Shown here piece after piece: positions 38,022-50,879 of a DNA stretch of 64,000 nt. Both the position numbers and the translations under genes were made by a program. The DNA lies in assembly GCF_964355755.1 (NCBI RefSeq), contig NC_092674.1, positions 24,924,001-24,988,000 on the forward strand. Reading direction: 5' to 3'. The notes below the pieces were generated by a model. The model worked only from the letters and a program-made list of their open reading frames with translations. It was not told where the DNA came from and ran no database searches. Each line of letters begins with the position of its first letter. The stretch's first letter is position 1. This DNA comes from Antedon mediterranea (Eukaryota > Animalia > Echinodermata).

Positions 38022-38356
38022 AATTACTATAACAAATGGTAGATTAAAATGGGTAAATAAACATAAAAAAACAAATACGTTTAGGCCTATAATTCTGCAT
38101 TGAATCAATAAGCAACATTTACTCGGTAATGTGAGAGCGAGTCAAATGGTCAAGCGATTAATGCAGGGAAAGACCAATTTAAGACGATGTATTTTAAAGT
38201 AAAATAGAAACATCATACCATTAAAAGAAATAACCTTAAATCCTTTGTTGTACAATGATACTTACTTTCTGAAACGAATTCTAGGCCTCCAAAGTACTAT
38301 TTTAACTGAAGAAATATGTTGTTGCACGTACATTGTTGTACCACCCGTGTACAGTC

Positions 38357-38475
38357 CTTTTATAGCTTGGAAAAAACCTCATTTAATTCAGATAACATTC
38401 AGATTCAGATAACAGTTATTCAGATAATCCTAAACGAATTAATTAACACACCTGCTTAATATACGCAGATAACGG
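38357..38475 (-). promoter_or_regulatory. Putative apextrin promoter: TATA box plus clustered GATA sites
   Basis: TATAAAAG at 38364-38357 (minus), donor GTAAGT at 38265, four CAGATAA within ~38389-38472. Confidence 0.55.
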
Positions 38476-38650
38476 CAATGTTAGCACAATATATAAGTTT
38501 GTTTGTCAACCGGTGAGAGCAAATTAATGCTCTGTACCGCTAATTTACCTTTTTCCTAATGAGTGAGCTGACAATTAGATAGATACTTTGTTAATTGAGA
38601 TACGCACATCGTACTTTTGATAAAAACGTGCAGTAACCTATTATTATTAA

Positions 38651-39253
38651 AGATGTGTTTTTGTTCCCCTGAAAAATAATTCTCAATCTTTTGTTTCAAA
38701 TATATGCCATTTTAATGTCACATAATAGTTATCTACTTTGACTAAAAATTGGATTAAAAAAAATATTTAACCTGAAAAACCTCTTTTGTCCTCCTGAAAA
38801 AATAATTCTCAATCTTTTGTTTCAAATATATGCCATTTTAATGTCACATAATAGTTATCTACTTTGACTAAAAATTGGATTAAAAAAAATATTTAACCTG
38901 AAAAACCTCTTTTGTCCTCCTGAAAAAATAATTCTCAATCTTTTGTATATTATAGGCATAATATGCCATTTAATGTCACTTATAGTTATCCACTTATCCA
39001 CCAAAAATTGGATCGAAGAAAAATTTATTTAACTTGAAAACAGTAATTTAAGGTAAAAAGTAGTAAAAATGGAAGTCAATGAGTTTTTGGTTAAATTTAA
39101 CCATTTATTTTGTCATTATTTTTATTAGTGATCTATTTAATTTTTTTTCGCTTTTTTTTTTCTAATAGGAAAGTGATAAACTTTATTAAAACTGCAAAAT
39201 AACCTATTCAAATTCAGATTTAATTATTCTTAATTTTTCTAGGGAATACATCT
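38651..39253. mobile_element. Kolobok-like non-autonomous DNA transposon with internal ~125-bp tandem duplication
   Basis: TTAA|AGATGT...ACATCT|TTAA; unit repeated at ~38670, 38794, 38919. Confidence 0.6.
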
Positions 39254-39620
39254 TTAATAGCCATAATTCTATAATCGTCAGTATAGTATACACTTATTTA
39301 TTACAGATTATTTTTACCTGTTTGTTACCTCTCAGACACGTTTTCTAAAACAGATCATTAATCGAAACCTTCAGATTTTCTCAGCAATGTTTTTGTTACG
39401 CAATCATTTTTGTATAATACGCATTCCTCCTCTCAGTATGTAAATAAACAATAGCTATATTGCATGCAATATGCATTTGCTATCTTCTTAATTACGAAAA
39501 CAAGATATGACACGATATTATGCTATTCTAAATAATGGGGTGATAATAATTTCCAATATTAAGTAGGCAAATATCTGATGTTATAAGTGTCATAATTAGT
39601 CTGTCACGTTTCTCATTTAA

Positions 39621-40168
39621 AGATGTATTGTTCCCAAAAACATAAAAAAATGAAGATTAATAAAATCAGACTTTGAATGGGTTATTTTGTAGTTTTAATA
39701 AAGTTAATCACTTCCAAAAAAAACAAAAAAAAAAACAAGATAATTAGGTTTTCACTTGTGAAAAAAGTAAAACAGTTAACTTCAACCGACAACCATTGGC
39801 TGGCAGCCTATTCTTTGATACAGTTTGTTCGGGTAAATACAATTTTGTTCGATCTAATTTTTGGTCAAATTGGATAACTATTGGGTGACATTAAAATAGC
39901 ATATTAAAAAAAAATGTAACAAATTATTGTATTTTCTCTTTAGTAGAGATTTTACCCAATTTTATTTCAGTTTAATAAAAACATGTCTAACAAAACATTG
40001 TAACATATAGAATGTAAAATATGTTTTTCTTAATTCAAACATTAACTATTTTTTTCTTAGGCCTATCCCATACGCTATATTTTTTTATAAAGCATTATAA
40101 TTTCTACTAACAAATTATTTTTTTAGGAGGAAAATATCTTTTTTATAACTCGCGAAAAGACATCTATA
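39621..40168. mobile_element. Kolobok-like element, degenerate right end
   Basis: TTAA|AGATGTATTG start; body similar to 42613 copy. Confidence 0.5.
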
Positions 40169-40346
40169 ATATCTTGGACAAAATAATCGGATAATATTAA
40201 TAATAAGATCTCAGGAAAAAAAGTTGTGCTGAGGAAACTTTATGCAAAACTCTAGATGGCGACATTTTTTTAAAGGAAAGCGTCGCGTCGTTTGGCAACA
40301 AATTAATTTTAAAAGGAAGTAAAAAATACCAAATGACTGTGAAGCT

Positions 40347-43300
40347 ATGGATTGTTTTCATTTTATAAATATACTTGTGTGGCTGTTAAAACTATCTGAT
40401 GCTGTAATCTCTACTTTTGTACAGGTAAGACGAGTTTTATAGTCCCTACTTGTAGAGTCTAGGCTAGGCCTACATCCTACTAACAGAAGTCATCAGTGGT
40501 GTCAGTGACATTCGCTCTCTGCGGGTCAATTAGTGCCATTTTGGTAGATCTGCTGGTTTGAATACATACAAAGGCCTACACGCGGCAATACACGCTAGGC
40601 CTAGGGCCTATAGTTTAAGACTCTGGCCTATCAATCAGGCATGCATATCTAGTAGTAGGTAGGGCCTCTAGAAAATGGAAATCTCATAGGGCCTAGGCCT
40701 ATCCGTCGTAGACTAATATTGTATAATGCTGATGTGAAACAGTCATTGAATTCGAATAAATTAAATAAAAACTTTACAATATTAATAATGAAAAAGATAA
40801 AAATTGATTCTAGAAAAAAGAGGGCCATGTTTTTTTATTTATACAGTAGATTAATATCCTACAGTACTACTAATATAGCCTAGTTGGCATTTGACTAGAA
40901 TACCTAAATTACACTCAATTTAATTTGTTTTTTTAATTATCTCCACGATAAAGCACAATGTTTGTCTTTCAATCTATGCCATATGCTAGTAATTTAATCA
41001 GACAGATGATTGTTATGCTAATCTAACATCAACCGACTGCTATTTACTGTCCTATTGATTTCTGTGTTTTGTACAGTATTCTTCACAGTGCCTAAGTTAT
41101 TGTGTAAAAAATTGTCTTTTTTGAGTCATCACAGGGTGGAGAAGATTTTGGGAGTTTGTCATTGTTTAATATGATTAATAAATATTTATATTAAAAAGAA
41201 TTAACTTGGTTTTTTTTTTTATAAAAGTCCATGAAAAAGAAAAAAAATATATACTGTATTGTGTATAAAACCAAAACAAACCGCAGGTATATTGAATTTA
41301 AGATATTATTATCCTTTCTTCCTGAAGCAATAATTTAAAACATTTTAAATTATAATTTTTTTATAGACCATGTCCCATAATAGAATTATTTATCGGAACT
41401 GTAATTTATAGGGAAAGTCACCAGAAACCTATCCAGTGTCAAGCAAAATAAGTGAATAACTTTAAATAAAATCTTAATCAATGTTTTATTCATATTTTAA
41501 AATATTTTTCAACAGTACTGTATTTAAAGTTATTTTTTAGTAAAAGAAGCGTTTATCATTATTTTTATTTTTTATAAGCTTTGTTGTTTTTTGTATGTTT
41601 TTGGATTGGATGCACCAATGATGGTGATGTACAGTATCAAGAAATAACAATATTTTTTAAAGCTCTGTCTACACTATCAAACTAGTTTGACAAAAAAAGT
41701 GTGATGTGCCCAAATATGGTAGTGATATACCTAAATGTGGTAGTGATATGACATCATCATGTCCATGGTCACACCACATTTTTTTTGCCACATTAAAAGT
41801 GTGATAGTGTAGACAGACCTTTAGGTTTATTTTTAAACATTATGTTGTTTGTCTTTAAAAGTTAGAAGATTGTCAAGTTCCTCTAGATGATAAAACGCTA
41901 GTGTGGGATGACCAACTCACAGGATCTTACATCAATGTCACATGGGGTTACGAGAACAACTGTAACTCTGAGGTCACTTGTTTTGGCTTTGATATGACCA
42001 CTGACCAAGTGATGAACGTCCAGTTAAAACCTGTGGAAATCCAAGAGGGTATGACACTCAGGTAAATAATTTTTTTTTTTAAAGAGGATATTTATAATGA
42101 TACAGTATTATTAGTTTATTAAAATATTCAATTAAAAATTCAAACAATCCTTTAAAAACAAATTAGAAACCAAGGTTAAAAATTAGGTGTTCATATTTCA
42201 TTATTATGATTTCCTATTTGTTTAGGTTCATTCCGAGTGAAGTGACCCCAGGTCGTTATCTTACAATGAAACCGTACAAGGTCAGTGTCATGGATTTCAA
42301 CTCATGCTCAACGGCAGCAGGTCAACCTACTATTTCAACTCCGACCTCTGAACCTTTCATTATTGATGAGCAGACGTTACTCACTTCAGGTTCAAATTTC
42401 TTTATAGGTACGTTTTCCAGTGTGTGCATACAGTACAAACAAAATGCAATGCTTCAATTTATTGTTAGTGAAAAAGCAGCATACAATTGAATCCTCAGAT
42501 ACACTTTGTTTGTGTATAAAAATTGTCATTTCACTCCATTATTTAGTTTCATAGTCTTTTCAACCATTGTATTTTAAATTTCTTGATTTTACAAAAGCAT
42601 AAATCTGTTTAAAGATGTATTGTCTCCAAAAACATGACAAATGAAGATTAATTAAATCAGACTTTGAATATGTTATATTGTAGTTTTAATAAGGGTAAAT
42701 CACTTCCATAGAAAAAAAACGAAAACAAATAATGTTTTCACTTGTAAAATGACAAAATAAATGGTTAAATTCAACCAAAAATCCATTGGCTGATGGCAGC
42801 CAATTTGACCATTTTTTGCTTTAAATGACATTTTTTTCAGGTACAGTAAATACATTTTTTTTCGATCCAATTTTTGGTCAAAGTGGATAACTATTATGTT
42901 ACATTAAAATGAAATATTCAACACAATTTTTGTTTACAATTATTTTTTCAGACAATACACCTTTAATTCTCCTACAGTATTAAATGGAATGCAACATAAC
43001 ACACTCATTATTTTTTTTGGGGAACAGTCTGCCTTAATTTGGTTAATCATCAAATAATTGTTTTATACTTCCATGATTTCATTAGTGTCATAATCATTGT
43101 CATTATCATCAGTGAATTCAGGTGAAGTGTTCACGTGTCGATTTGGCCTGCGTTTGAATGTAACAGTGAAACCAAACACTTGTCACTTTCCACATTCACC
43201 AAGCAATGTGCTGTGTATGGATCATGGTGCTTGTGTTACACACAAGACTGAGGTAAATTCATTCCCATACTCTCATCTTATCATTCTAACAATAATGCAC

Positions 43301-46300
43301 CTTTAGGTCCCCTCAGAAGAGCAGTTTTTATTTTATTACTGAGAGGGCTACCATACCGAAAGAAAACGAAATAAATATAAATAACATTAGGGAATTTAGG
43401 GAACGCTTTGAAAATGGATACAGTACGTCACACATACACACATATTCGTTTTCGTAAGCCATTAAAAATCCTGATTTAAAAAAATATTGACTGCGGTAAT
43501 TTTGAAAGAAGTGTAGGTGCGTGTTGCTTGGCTGCCTACAGTAGGCCTAGCGTAACATCAAAGCATTTTGCTATTTATCAAAATTGACCTGGAATTTTTA
43601 GTAAATTGCCTTAGTAAATTACTTTCAATAAATCTATAATTGTATTGTAACATGAATTATTTTTTATTCAATTTAAAATGTAAAAAATAGAGCAAAAACT
43701 ATACTCGTTTTGTAGTTACGAATATGTGATATTTGTCAACATGAATACGCTTTATGAATATGAAATGGGAATCAGCTCAAATGTTTTATAAATGTGTGAC
43801 GTATCTGTTTTCATTATCGTATTTTTAAGGTTGCAAAATATACTATGTATGTCTGATATACGCTAAACCTGATTATGTAAATTTAGCCATACTCTTAGAT
43901 AAATATTCATTTTGTTTTATTTTCCAACAGGGTACATTTTCATGTAAATGCTGCGAAGGATTCACAGGAACGTACTGTGATGAGTTTGATGGCTGCATGA
44001 ACAATGAGTGTGCGGAAGGCTCGACGTGTTTCGACATTCAAGAAGGCTACACTTCATACAGCTACCTTTGCCAGTGTCCGCCAGGAAAGGGTGGCGTACA
44101 TTGCACGGTTGATGTAGATGAATGCGCAAGTGATCCGTGTAAGTTTGGCGTGTGCGTTGATGACCTTGATAGCTATCAGTGCTACTGTATACCAGGTAAT
44201 TTATTGGCTCCTTTTGTTCTTATACACAAAAAAAAATCAGGAAGATATGTTTTATGTATACATATATTCAAGTTATAGCATCTGTCATACAGCTATATAT
44301 TTCAATTTTAATCAAATAATAAAGAAGTGTAATTCATATATGACAGGATTTGGACTGAGGACTCTGAAATCCGATGTAGCCGAGCATCTTAATCCTTGTA
44401 TACACTATCAAACTTTATGTGATGTGCCCAAATATGGACATGATGATGCCATATCACTACCATCTTTGGGAATACCACTATCAACCATATTTGGCCAAAT
44501 TTGATAGTGTAGACAGAGCTTTAACCACCTAAGCTAACCACCTAATTCCATGTACATGGTTAACAGTACAATGTTTCCTACATTCCCTTCATAAAGTATT
44601 TATTTTATCAAAATTTTCAGGATATACTGGCACAAACTGTGAGCAAGAGTACAACGAGTGTATATCTAGCCCATGTCTCAATGAAGGTATTTGCATCGAT
44701 AAACTCGACAGCTACGAGTGCACTTGTGGCATAGGTTACATTGGTCAACATTGTGAGGGTAAGATTGACCTTTGTGCTGGTGACCCGTGTCACAATGGTA
44801 CAGTTTGTGTGGATTATGGAAATTACTTCAAGTGCCAATGTGCTGCTGGTTTTACAGGTAGGTCTTCATAGATTAAAGAATTAAATTAAAAATGTTTAAT
44901 ATGGATTAAGCTCTGTCTACACTCTCAAACTTTATGACAAACAAAATGTGATGTGCCCATATATGGACATGGTGATGTCATATCACCACATATTTGGGCA
45001 TATCACTACCATATTTGGGTACACTTTTTTTGTCTAACTAGTTTGATAGTGTAGACAGAGATTTATACAGTGTCTATTGCTTTGCCTTTGAAGCATAGTG
45101 CTTTAACTCATGTGGTTTACTTTCAATTGCTATAAAAATAAAACCCTTCTTTTTTTTATACTGGATGACCTTTTCAGTACAAGAGGTTTGAGTACAGGAT
45201 GGTCAGCCCACTCGTTGATCCCTTAAGCCCTGTCTACAGTATCAAACTAGGTTGACAAACAAAGTGTGATGTGCCCAAATATGGTAGTGATATGACATAG
45301 TCATGTCCATATAATTATGGGCACATCACATTTTTTTGTCACATAAAGCTTGATAGTGTAGACAGAGCTTTAACATCCCATTATGCCTGCTATCTCAAGT
45401 CTCCAGAGACAAGAACAAGCACGCTGTATTGATTTGAGCTGATAGATAAATAGTTAATAAAATGTACATAAATTCTGCCCTTTCATTATATTTAAATGAT
45501 TAACATATTTTTATTGATTATTTTTTGGCAATTGTAGGTTCAAAATGTGAGATTAATATTAACGAGTGCGAGTCTAATCCGTGTGTAAATGAAGGACGCT
45601 GTCGGGATGAGATCAACGGATTCGTTTGCGTATGCGAAGGAGGATGGGAAGGTGTTTACTGTGAAAGTAAGTTGCACTAAGTAAACCAAGTTGGCTACCA
45701 ATCCAAGGGTCCTGGGTTCAAGTCCTGTCATATGTCAGGATTTTTTTTTCCAATGACAAATTACAACTCCACTCCCAAAGACTTGTAATAAAACTTTTTT
45801 ATGTAGCATCTTGTGTATATGTTGTGAACAGGATTGCCACCTTTAGGAAGGATAGTGAATGAATTTGCTTAGCAATTCCTTGGCAACATTTGAGTATAGT
45901 CACACATGAGTTGGTCACATTTATGCAGCTATTTAGCAATTTTGTGTTCAGTTTGTTTACTTGGAACAATTTTGCAAAGCTCTATTCATCCTTTAAGTGA
46001 AGTACCGTATTGTATAATTACTATATTTCATTTCAGATGAAGTTGAAAAAAACGCACCTGTTGAAATTGCCAAGCATGCAACTGCTTCAACCATCGTTAT
46101 ATGTTTCACGGTCATTGTGGTGGCGCTCATTCTAGTGATTGTCTTCGTAGTTTATCGATATCCACGAATTAAGAGTTTCATGAAGTATAAAACTGCTAAA
46201 GTTGGTATAGATAACAGGTAAGTTATTTTCCAAAACAGTTCAGTTTTCTATAAAGTTAACTAGGAAAGAAATTGAGACCTTTGAATTGAATATGAATTTT

Positions 46301-47007
46301 GTATTTATTTATACTGGGTAACCTCTTCAGTCAAAGACTGTTCTCCCAGAGGGCCCAGTTATGATCTGGTTTCTGTGATGTACTAGTACACCAGGGTAAC
46401 CTCTACTCATCTCGAAAAATGTACTAGGTTCTTTAAAGTGCACATAAGCCAGATGTGTACACTGGACTAACAGTTTAATCAAGATAATTAAGTGCTAAAG
46501 TAAGAAACTGTGGTTTTATTTATCGAACCAATTCGTCATATCGATTGGGGAAAAAATATATAACACCTTGTTGAATTTATTTTGAAAACAGACTAGCAAA
46601 ATCATGGACTTAAAACAGTGTTAAGATGAATTTTTTTCCTAAACATGTAAAATATAAGAGACACAATTGTGTGCTTGTCCGTTTTACACATTTTTTTTCC
46701 CACAATAAACATGAAGTATCAAATTGATCAGAATTTTGCCCGGAACGTTTTCAATTACGATTTAACTGAACTGCACTTTAGATAATTCTGGCTCTAGGAG
46801 TTTTTTAAGTAGCTTATTAAATGGTTCTCAAACTTAATTTTTTTCTCTGTTCTTTACAGCGAACCGGCGATGGCTTTACAAAGTATCAGCGGTAACTGTC
46901 GTTCGCGTTCAACTCAAATAATTGCTTCGTACCAGACGTCAAGGGTAGACTTTGTTCTTGATCCGGATGAACCGCTATTTCACTCATTCAAACCGAAGAA
47001 AATCTAA
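40347..47007 (+). CDS. Type-I membrane protein, EYS-like N-terminal domain + 6 EGF repeats + TM, 519 aa; exons 40347-40424, 41862-42061, 42226-42407, 43113-43252, 43931-44195, 44621-44857, 45538-45666, 46037-46217, 46860-47007
   Basis: Nine GT-AG exons in phase (1560 nt); signal peptide, [12 protein letters not shown] motif, Ca-binding EGF repeats (DVDEC, EYNEC, NINEC), [24 protein letters not shown], ~70-aa tail ending KPKKI. Confidence 0.9.
41661..41820. mobile_element. MITE family A
   Basis: Both TIRs present. Confidence 0.8.
42613..42962. mobile_element. Kolobok-like non-autonomous DNA transposon
   Basis: TTAA|AGATGTATTGTC...GACAATACACCT|TTAA; partial copy also at ~48930-49100. Confidence 0.7.
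44393..44520. mobile_element. MITE family A
   Basis: Degenerate left TIR, intact right TIR. Confidence 0.7.
44909..45062. mobile_element. MITE family A
   Basis: Both TIRs present. Confidence 0.8.
45226..45369. mobile_element. MITE family A
   Basis: Both TIRs present. Confidence 0.8.
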
Positions 47008-47158
47008 AATATGATTCGAGATTTAACCATTATTTGAATTTTGTTTGTTAATTTTAATAATAATACACCACCCGTTTAAAATTTTAAAGTAAATTTAAAG
47101 GATTGAATTAGTTTTCATTAAAGATATTTTTTTAGAATTATTTCTTTAAATTGTGTAA

Positions 47159-47247
47159 AGCTCTGTCTACACTATCAGACTAGTTTGACAAACAAAGTGT
47201 CACATCACATTTTTTGTCACATAAAGTTTTATAGTGTAGACAGATCT
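47159..47247. mobile_element. MITE family A, internally deleted
   Basis: TIRs nearly abutting. Confidence 0.75.
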
Positions 47248-48172
47248 TTAGATTGTTTTTTTTTTTTCACACTGAGAATCTATTTTATAAATCATTGATT
47301 CCACCAAATTAATATATTTTGTGTAGGATTTCTAATTTTATGTAACTATCATTTTAAAAATTGTATTTTAGAAATAGATGATGTATCTATTCACATCTAG
47401 TAAGTACTGTTTTATGCAGTATAACAATTTTATAATTATTTTTTTTGCTAACTTTTATAAATGATAAATCAATGATTGTTATTCAATCACAACTTAAACA
47501 TTCCATGTATAGTATTTTATGAATGTTTACTATTTTATAAAAAGATACAGTAACAGTATAACAAGTGATACTCCACACTGTATCTAGGGTGATCTTGTTC
47601 AAATACCTTGATACAGAGTACATGCGAGTCATATGTGACCATTGTATCATGGTTATGGTAGATACAGTGTGACATATGACATTGCAAAATCAATTATGTA
47701 AAAAAAAGAGATAATAATAACAAAAGTTCATTCTTATAATTATAAGCAAGCTCTCAGTGCGCTGTAAATAAATTAAAAGACGAGAAGTGGCAATAATTTA
47801 AATTAATGAAAAACTTTGAAAAAGGAAGACATTAACTGGATTGTGAAAGAGATGTACATCATCTTTTTATTGCTGTATTTTGAGATAAAATATATCTTGC
47901 TTCATTGTTTACTACTCCGTCCATTAATGTACATAAAATCCATCCAGTTTTTGTTTTTTATATCTTTATCATCTTAATTTAAATATTTAGTTACTTTTAA
48001 AATGTATAATATAATGCCTTTTTTTATTTATGATAGTCATTTCTTGTACAACTGTCTTCCTTCTTCCTTGTTGTGACGTCTTTATCATAACATAACAGGG
48101 CATGACACATAACTTTTATGTATTTGATTATTATGTCATAAAATAAAAACACCTTGAAGTTACAGTATTTAA

Positions 48173-48306
48173 AGCTCTGTCTAAACTATCAAACATTATG
48201 TAACAACAAAATGTGATGTGCCCATATATTGACATGATGATGTCATATCACTATCATATTTAGGCACATCACACTTTTTACTAGTTTTGATAGTGTAGAC
48301 AGTGCC
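48173..48306. mobile_element. MITE family A
   Basis: Both TIRs present. Confidence 0.75.
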
Positions 48307-48444
48307 TTAGAGTTTATAATAATGAAATGGTAAAGTGCAATACGGTGAGATAATTATAAGTAGAACGGGGTATTTTTAAAATCTGCCTGCCATAATTAAA
48401 AAGAATTGTGTTATTTAATACTCATTTGCCGTCTTCGTCTACAA

Positions 48445-48602
48445 AGCTCTGTCTAAACTAGTTTGACAAAAAAAGTGCGATATGCCCAAATTTGGTAGTG
48501 ATATGCACAAATATGGTAGTGATATGACATCTTCATGTCCATATATGGGCACGACGTATCACATTTTTTTGTCACCTAAAGTTTGATAGTGTAGACAGGG
48601 AT
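48445..48602. mobile_element. MITE family A
   Basis: Both TIRs present. Confidence 0.75.
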
Positions 48603-50209
48603 TTATTCACTTTGGAAAATTTTACTAGTATAGGACAGATACAATTTGCTTTGGTATTTGGTACACACTTTATACTACGTAACGCATAACGTAATAATAG
48701 TGTACAATTTTACTCCCACTAGGTCACCACGCAAGGACGTTAACGCAACGCAAGCTATTTGACCAATCACGACGCGATGGCTCTCCCAAACAGTCGCTTG
48801 CGATTGGTCAACTCACTTGCGTCCTAGTCCAGTGGGACTGGGAACAAAGATTTAGGAATTATGTGGTCATATTCATTCTGGGGCTAAGAAAAATACTTAA
48901 AATTGAATCCCTTGACACTTGGTATTTAAAGATGTATTGTCCCCGAAAAAAACATGAAAATTGAAGACTAATAAAATCAGACTTTAACTAGGCCATTTTG
49001 CAGTTTTAATAAATTATTTCACTTATAAAAAGACAAAAGAAACGTTAACAATTGTCTGACAGACAATTTAAATATGTTTTGCTTTAAATTACATTTTGTA
49101 GGAAAATATGACTTTGGTGAATCTTGACATTTAACAGTGTTCTTTTTGTACGGACACACAAATTGTTTATACTGGTCCACTGTGTAAAAGGGTGATTATT
49201 TTCACTTAATCGAAATTTGTTGGTGCCTAGTATTACAGAATATTGCCATTTTTAATTGAACAAGTATCATTGATTGTGCACTGATGCGGTGACGTGATTT
49301 CTTAAATTGTAATGCCATAAGATATTTAATAAAACATTCCATGATTAAGTAGTAGCCTACATTACGTTTTTTTCCTTGTTAAAGGTGTGTTAAAGTTTAT
49401 TTATATAGGCTTACTAAAAATGATATTTGCCTTACCAATAAACTTTGGTATTACACCAAAAAATGTTAATATTAGTAGCTGTTTTATCTTTTTGAAACTT
49501 TTAGCGATTCACATTTGCTCACCTTTCAGTCACTTCCAATTGAAGATGACTTCAATGGATTATAAAATAAATTGCATAGAATAATTAAATTATAAAGTAG
49601 GTATAGAATCGAGCGACAATAATTTTACCAAATTAAAACTGATAAAAACTTTTTCCTAGAGTCTACATAACTTCTGGAAAGTGCAACAAATTTTTCGATA
49701 TTTCCACTTTTATACTTAACTAATTATTTATGAAGAAATATGTATTATTTGTGGAAATCCAATAAAACAAAAAACAAAACAAACTTTGTACACTTTATTT
49801 ACCACAAGAAACGCGTCACCTCACTCTTTACGTGTCCTCAATTCTTCCAAATTATTTATGTTCTTGGTCAGACAATTTTTTTCTTCCCCGAAATGTTTTA
49901 TTTTGCTGACATAATGCATGGAGGAGCTGAGTTACCTATCATGTTAACAATCAACTATTAAGTCGGTCCCGTAATTCACATTCATTAAAGCATACACAGC
50001 GGCATTTCTCGCTTTCTATTTTCACTAAAATGTTAAATAATGTCGATTGAACAATTCTTTTTCATATCTTTGTTTAAATTTTATCTTCAATCACAACAAA
50101 TCACTCTAGTATGAGTCAAATAGCGAATTAAATCTATTAAACATAATAATTATTAGGCAGATAGGCCTACTGAATATACACTGCTAAACACTTTAAAATA
50201 AGGTAAAAG

Positions 50210-50256
50210 CATGGCGTAAAGAATAGAATAAATAAATAATTATTCTTTACTCCATG
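50210..50256. mobile_element. 47-bp P-superfamily-like remnant with 7-bp TSD
   Basis: gtaaaag|CATGGCGTAAAGAATA...TATTCTTTACTCCATG|gtaaaag. Confidence 0.65.
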
Positions 50257-50422
50257 GTAAAAGTTAGTGCCATAAAATTAAAAATCGCCATTAACATGGT
50301 TTTCTACAAATATATGCATTGGTATAATTTAAAATGTTGGAACCATTGCGGGATTCGGGAACCATTGTCATTAATGGAGGAGATATGTTATTTGCAGAGA
50401 TCGTTATTAATATCAATTGTAT

Positions 50423-50448
50423 CATAGAGATATTATAATATCTCTATG
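50423..50448. mobile_element. 26-bp perfect palindrome with 7-bp TSD, P-superfamily-like remnant
   Basis: attgtat|CATAGAGATATTATAATATCTCTATG|attgtat. Confidence 0.65.
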
Positions 50449-50744
50449 ATTGTATTCAGTGCGCTGATCGGATACCAATTCCTAGCTCATCATTCAAGTA
50501 CATGTTGCAGATCTTTCACGTTTCGATATTATGACATAGCGCCCTCTTTATAATTAGCATATATAAACATTTATTCATGTTGAGAAAAGTGTGAAATATT
50601 AGGAATGTTTTTAATATAGTAAGACCATTTTTTATAGGTAAATTATGATATAATTCTTCATTTATTCAAGTTCGTGTAAATACATATATTTAATTCAAAT
50701 AAAAAATAATATAATTTTATTTTAGTTAATTTTATAAACGTCTG

Positions 50745-50879
50745 GACACAAGCGAACAGCTGACGACGTTGGGGTCATCTTCTCGTCTGGTTGGGAGAGA
50801 AAAGGGTTGTATCGGGTCTTTGATTGTAATTTGCAAACAAAATTCCCATTTTACCCTTCTAAATATTAAACATTTCTGC
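50745..50879 (+). other. Putative non-coding first exon of the last gene
   Basis: Locally GC-richer segment without ATG ending in donor GTAAGT at 50880; start coordinate approximate. Confidence 0.35.

Noticed and set aside
45670-45735. tRNA gene in EGF-gene intron (GGTTCAAGTCC B box); similar at ~5340-5360
   Set aside because: No A box or cloverleaf; probably decayed SINE heads
40347-47007. Calling the EGF gene Delta/Jagged, Notch or Crumbs
   Set aside because: No DSL, LNR/ankyrin or LamG domains and no ERLI-type tail
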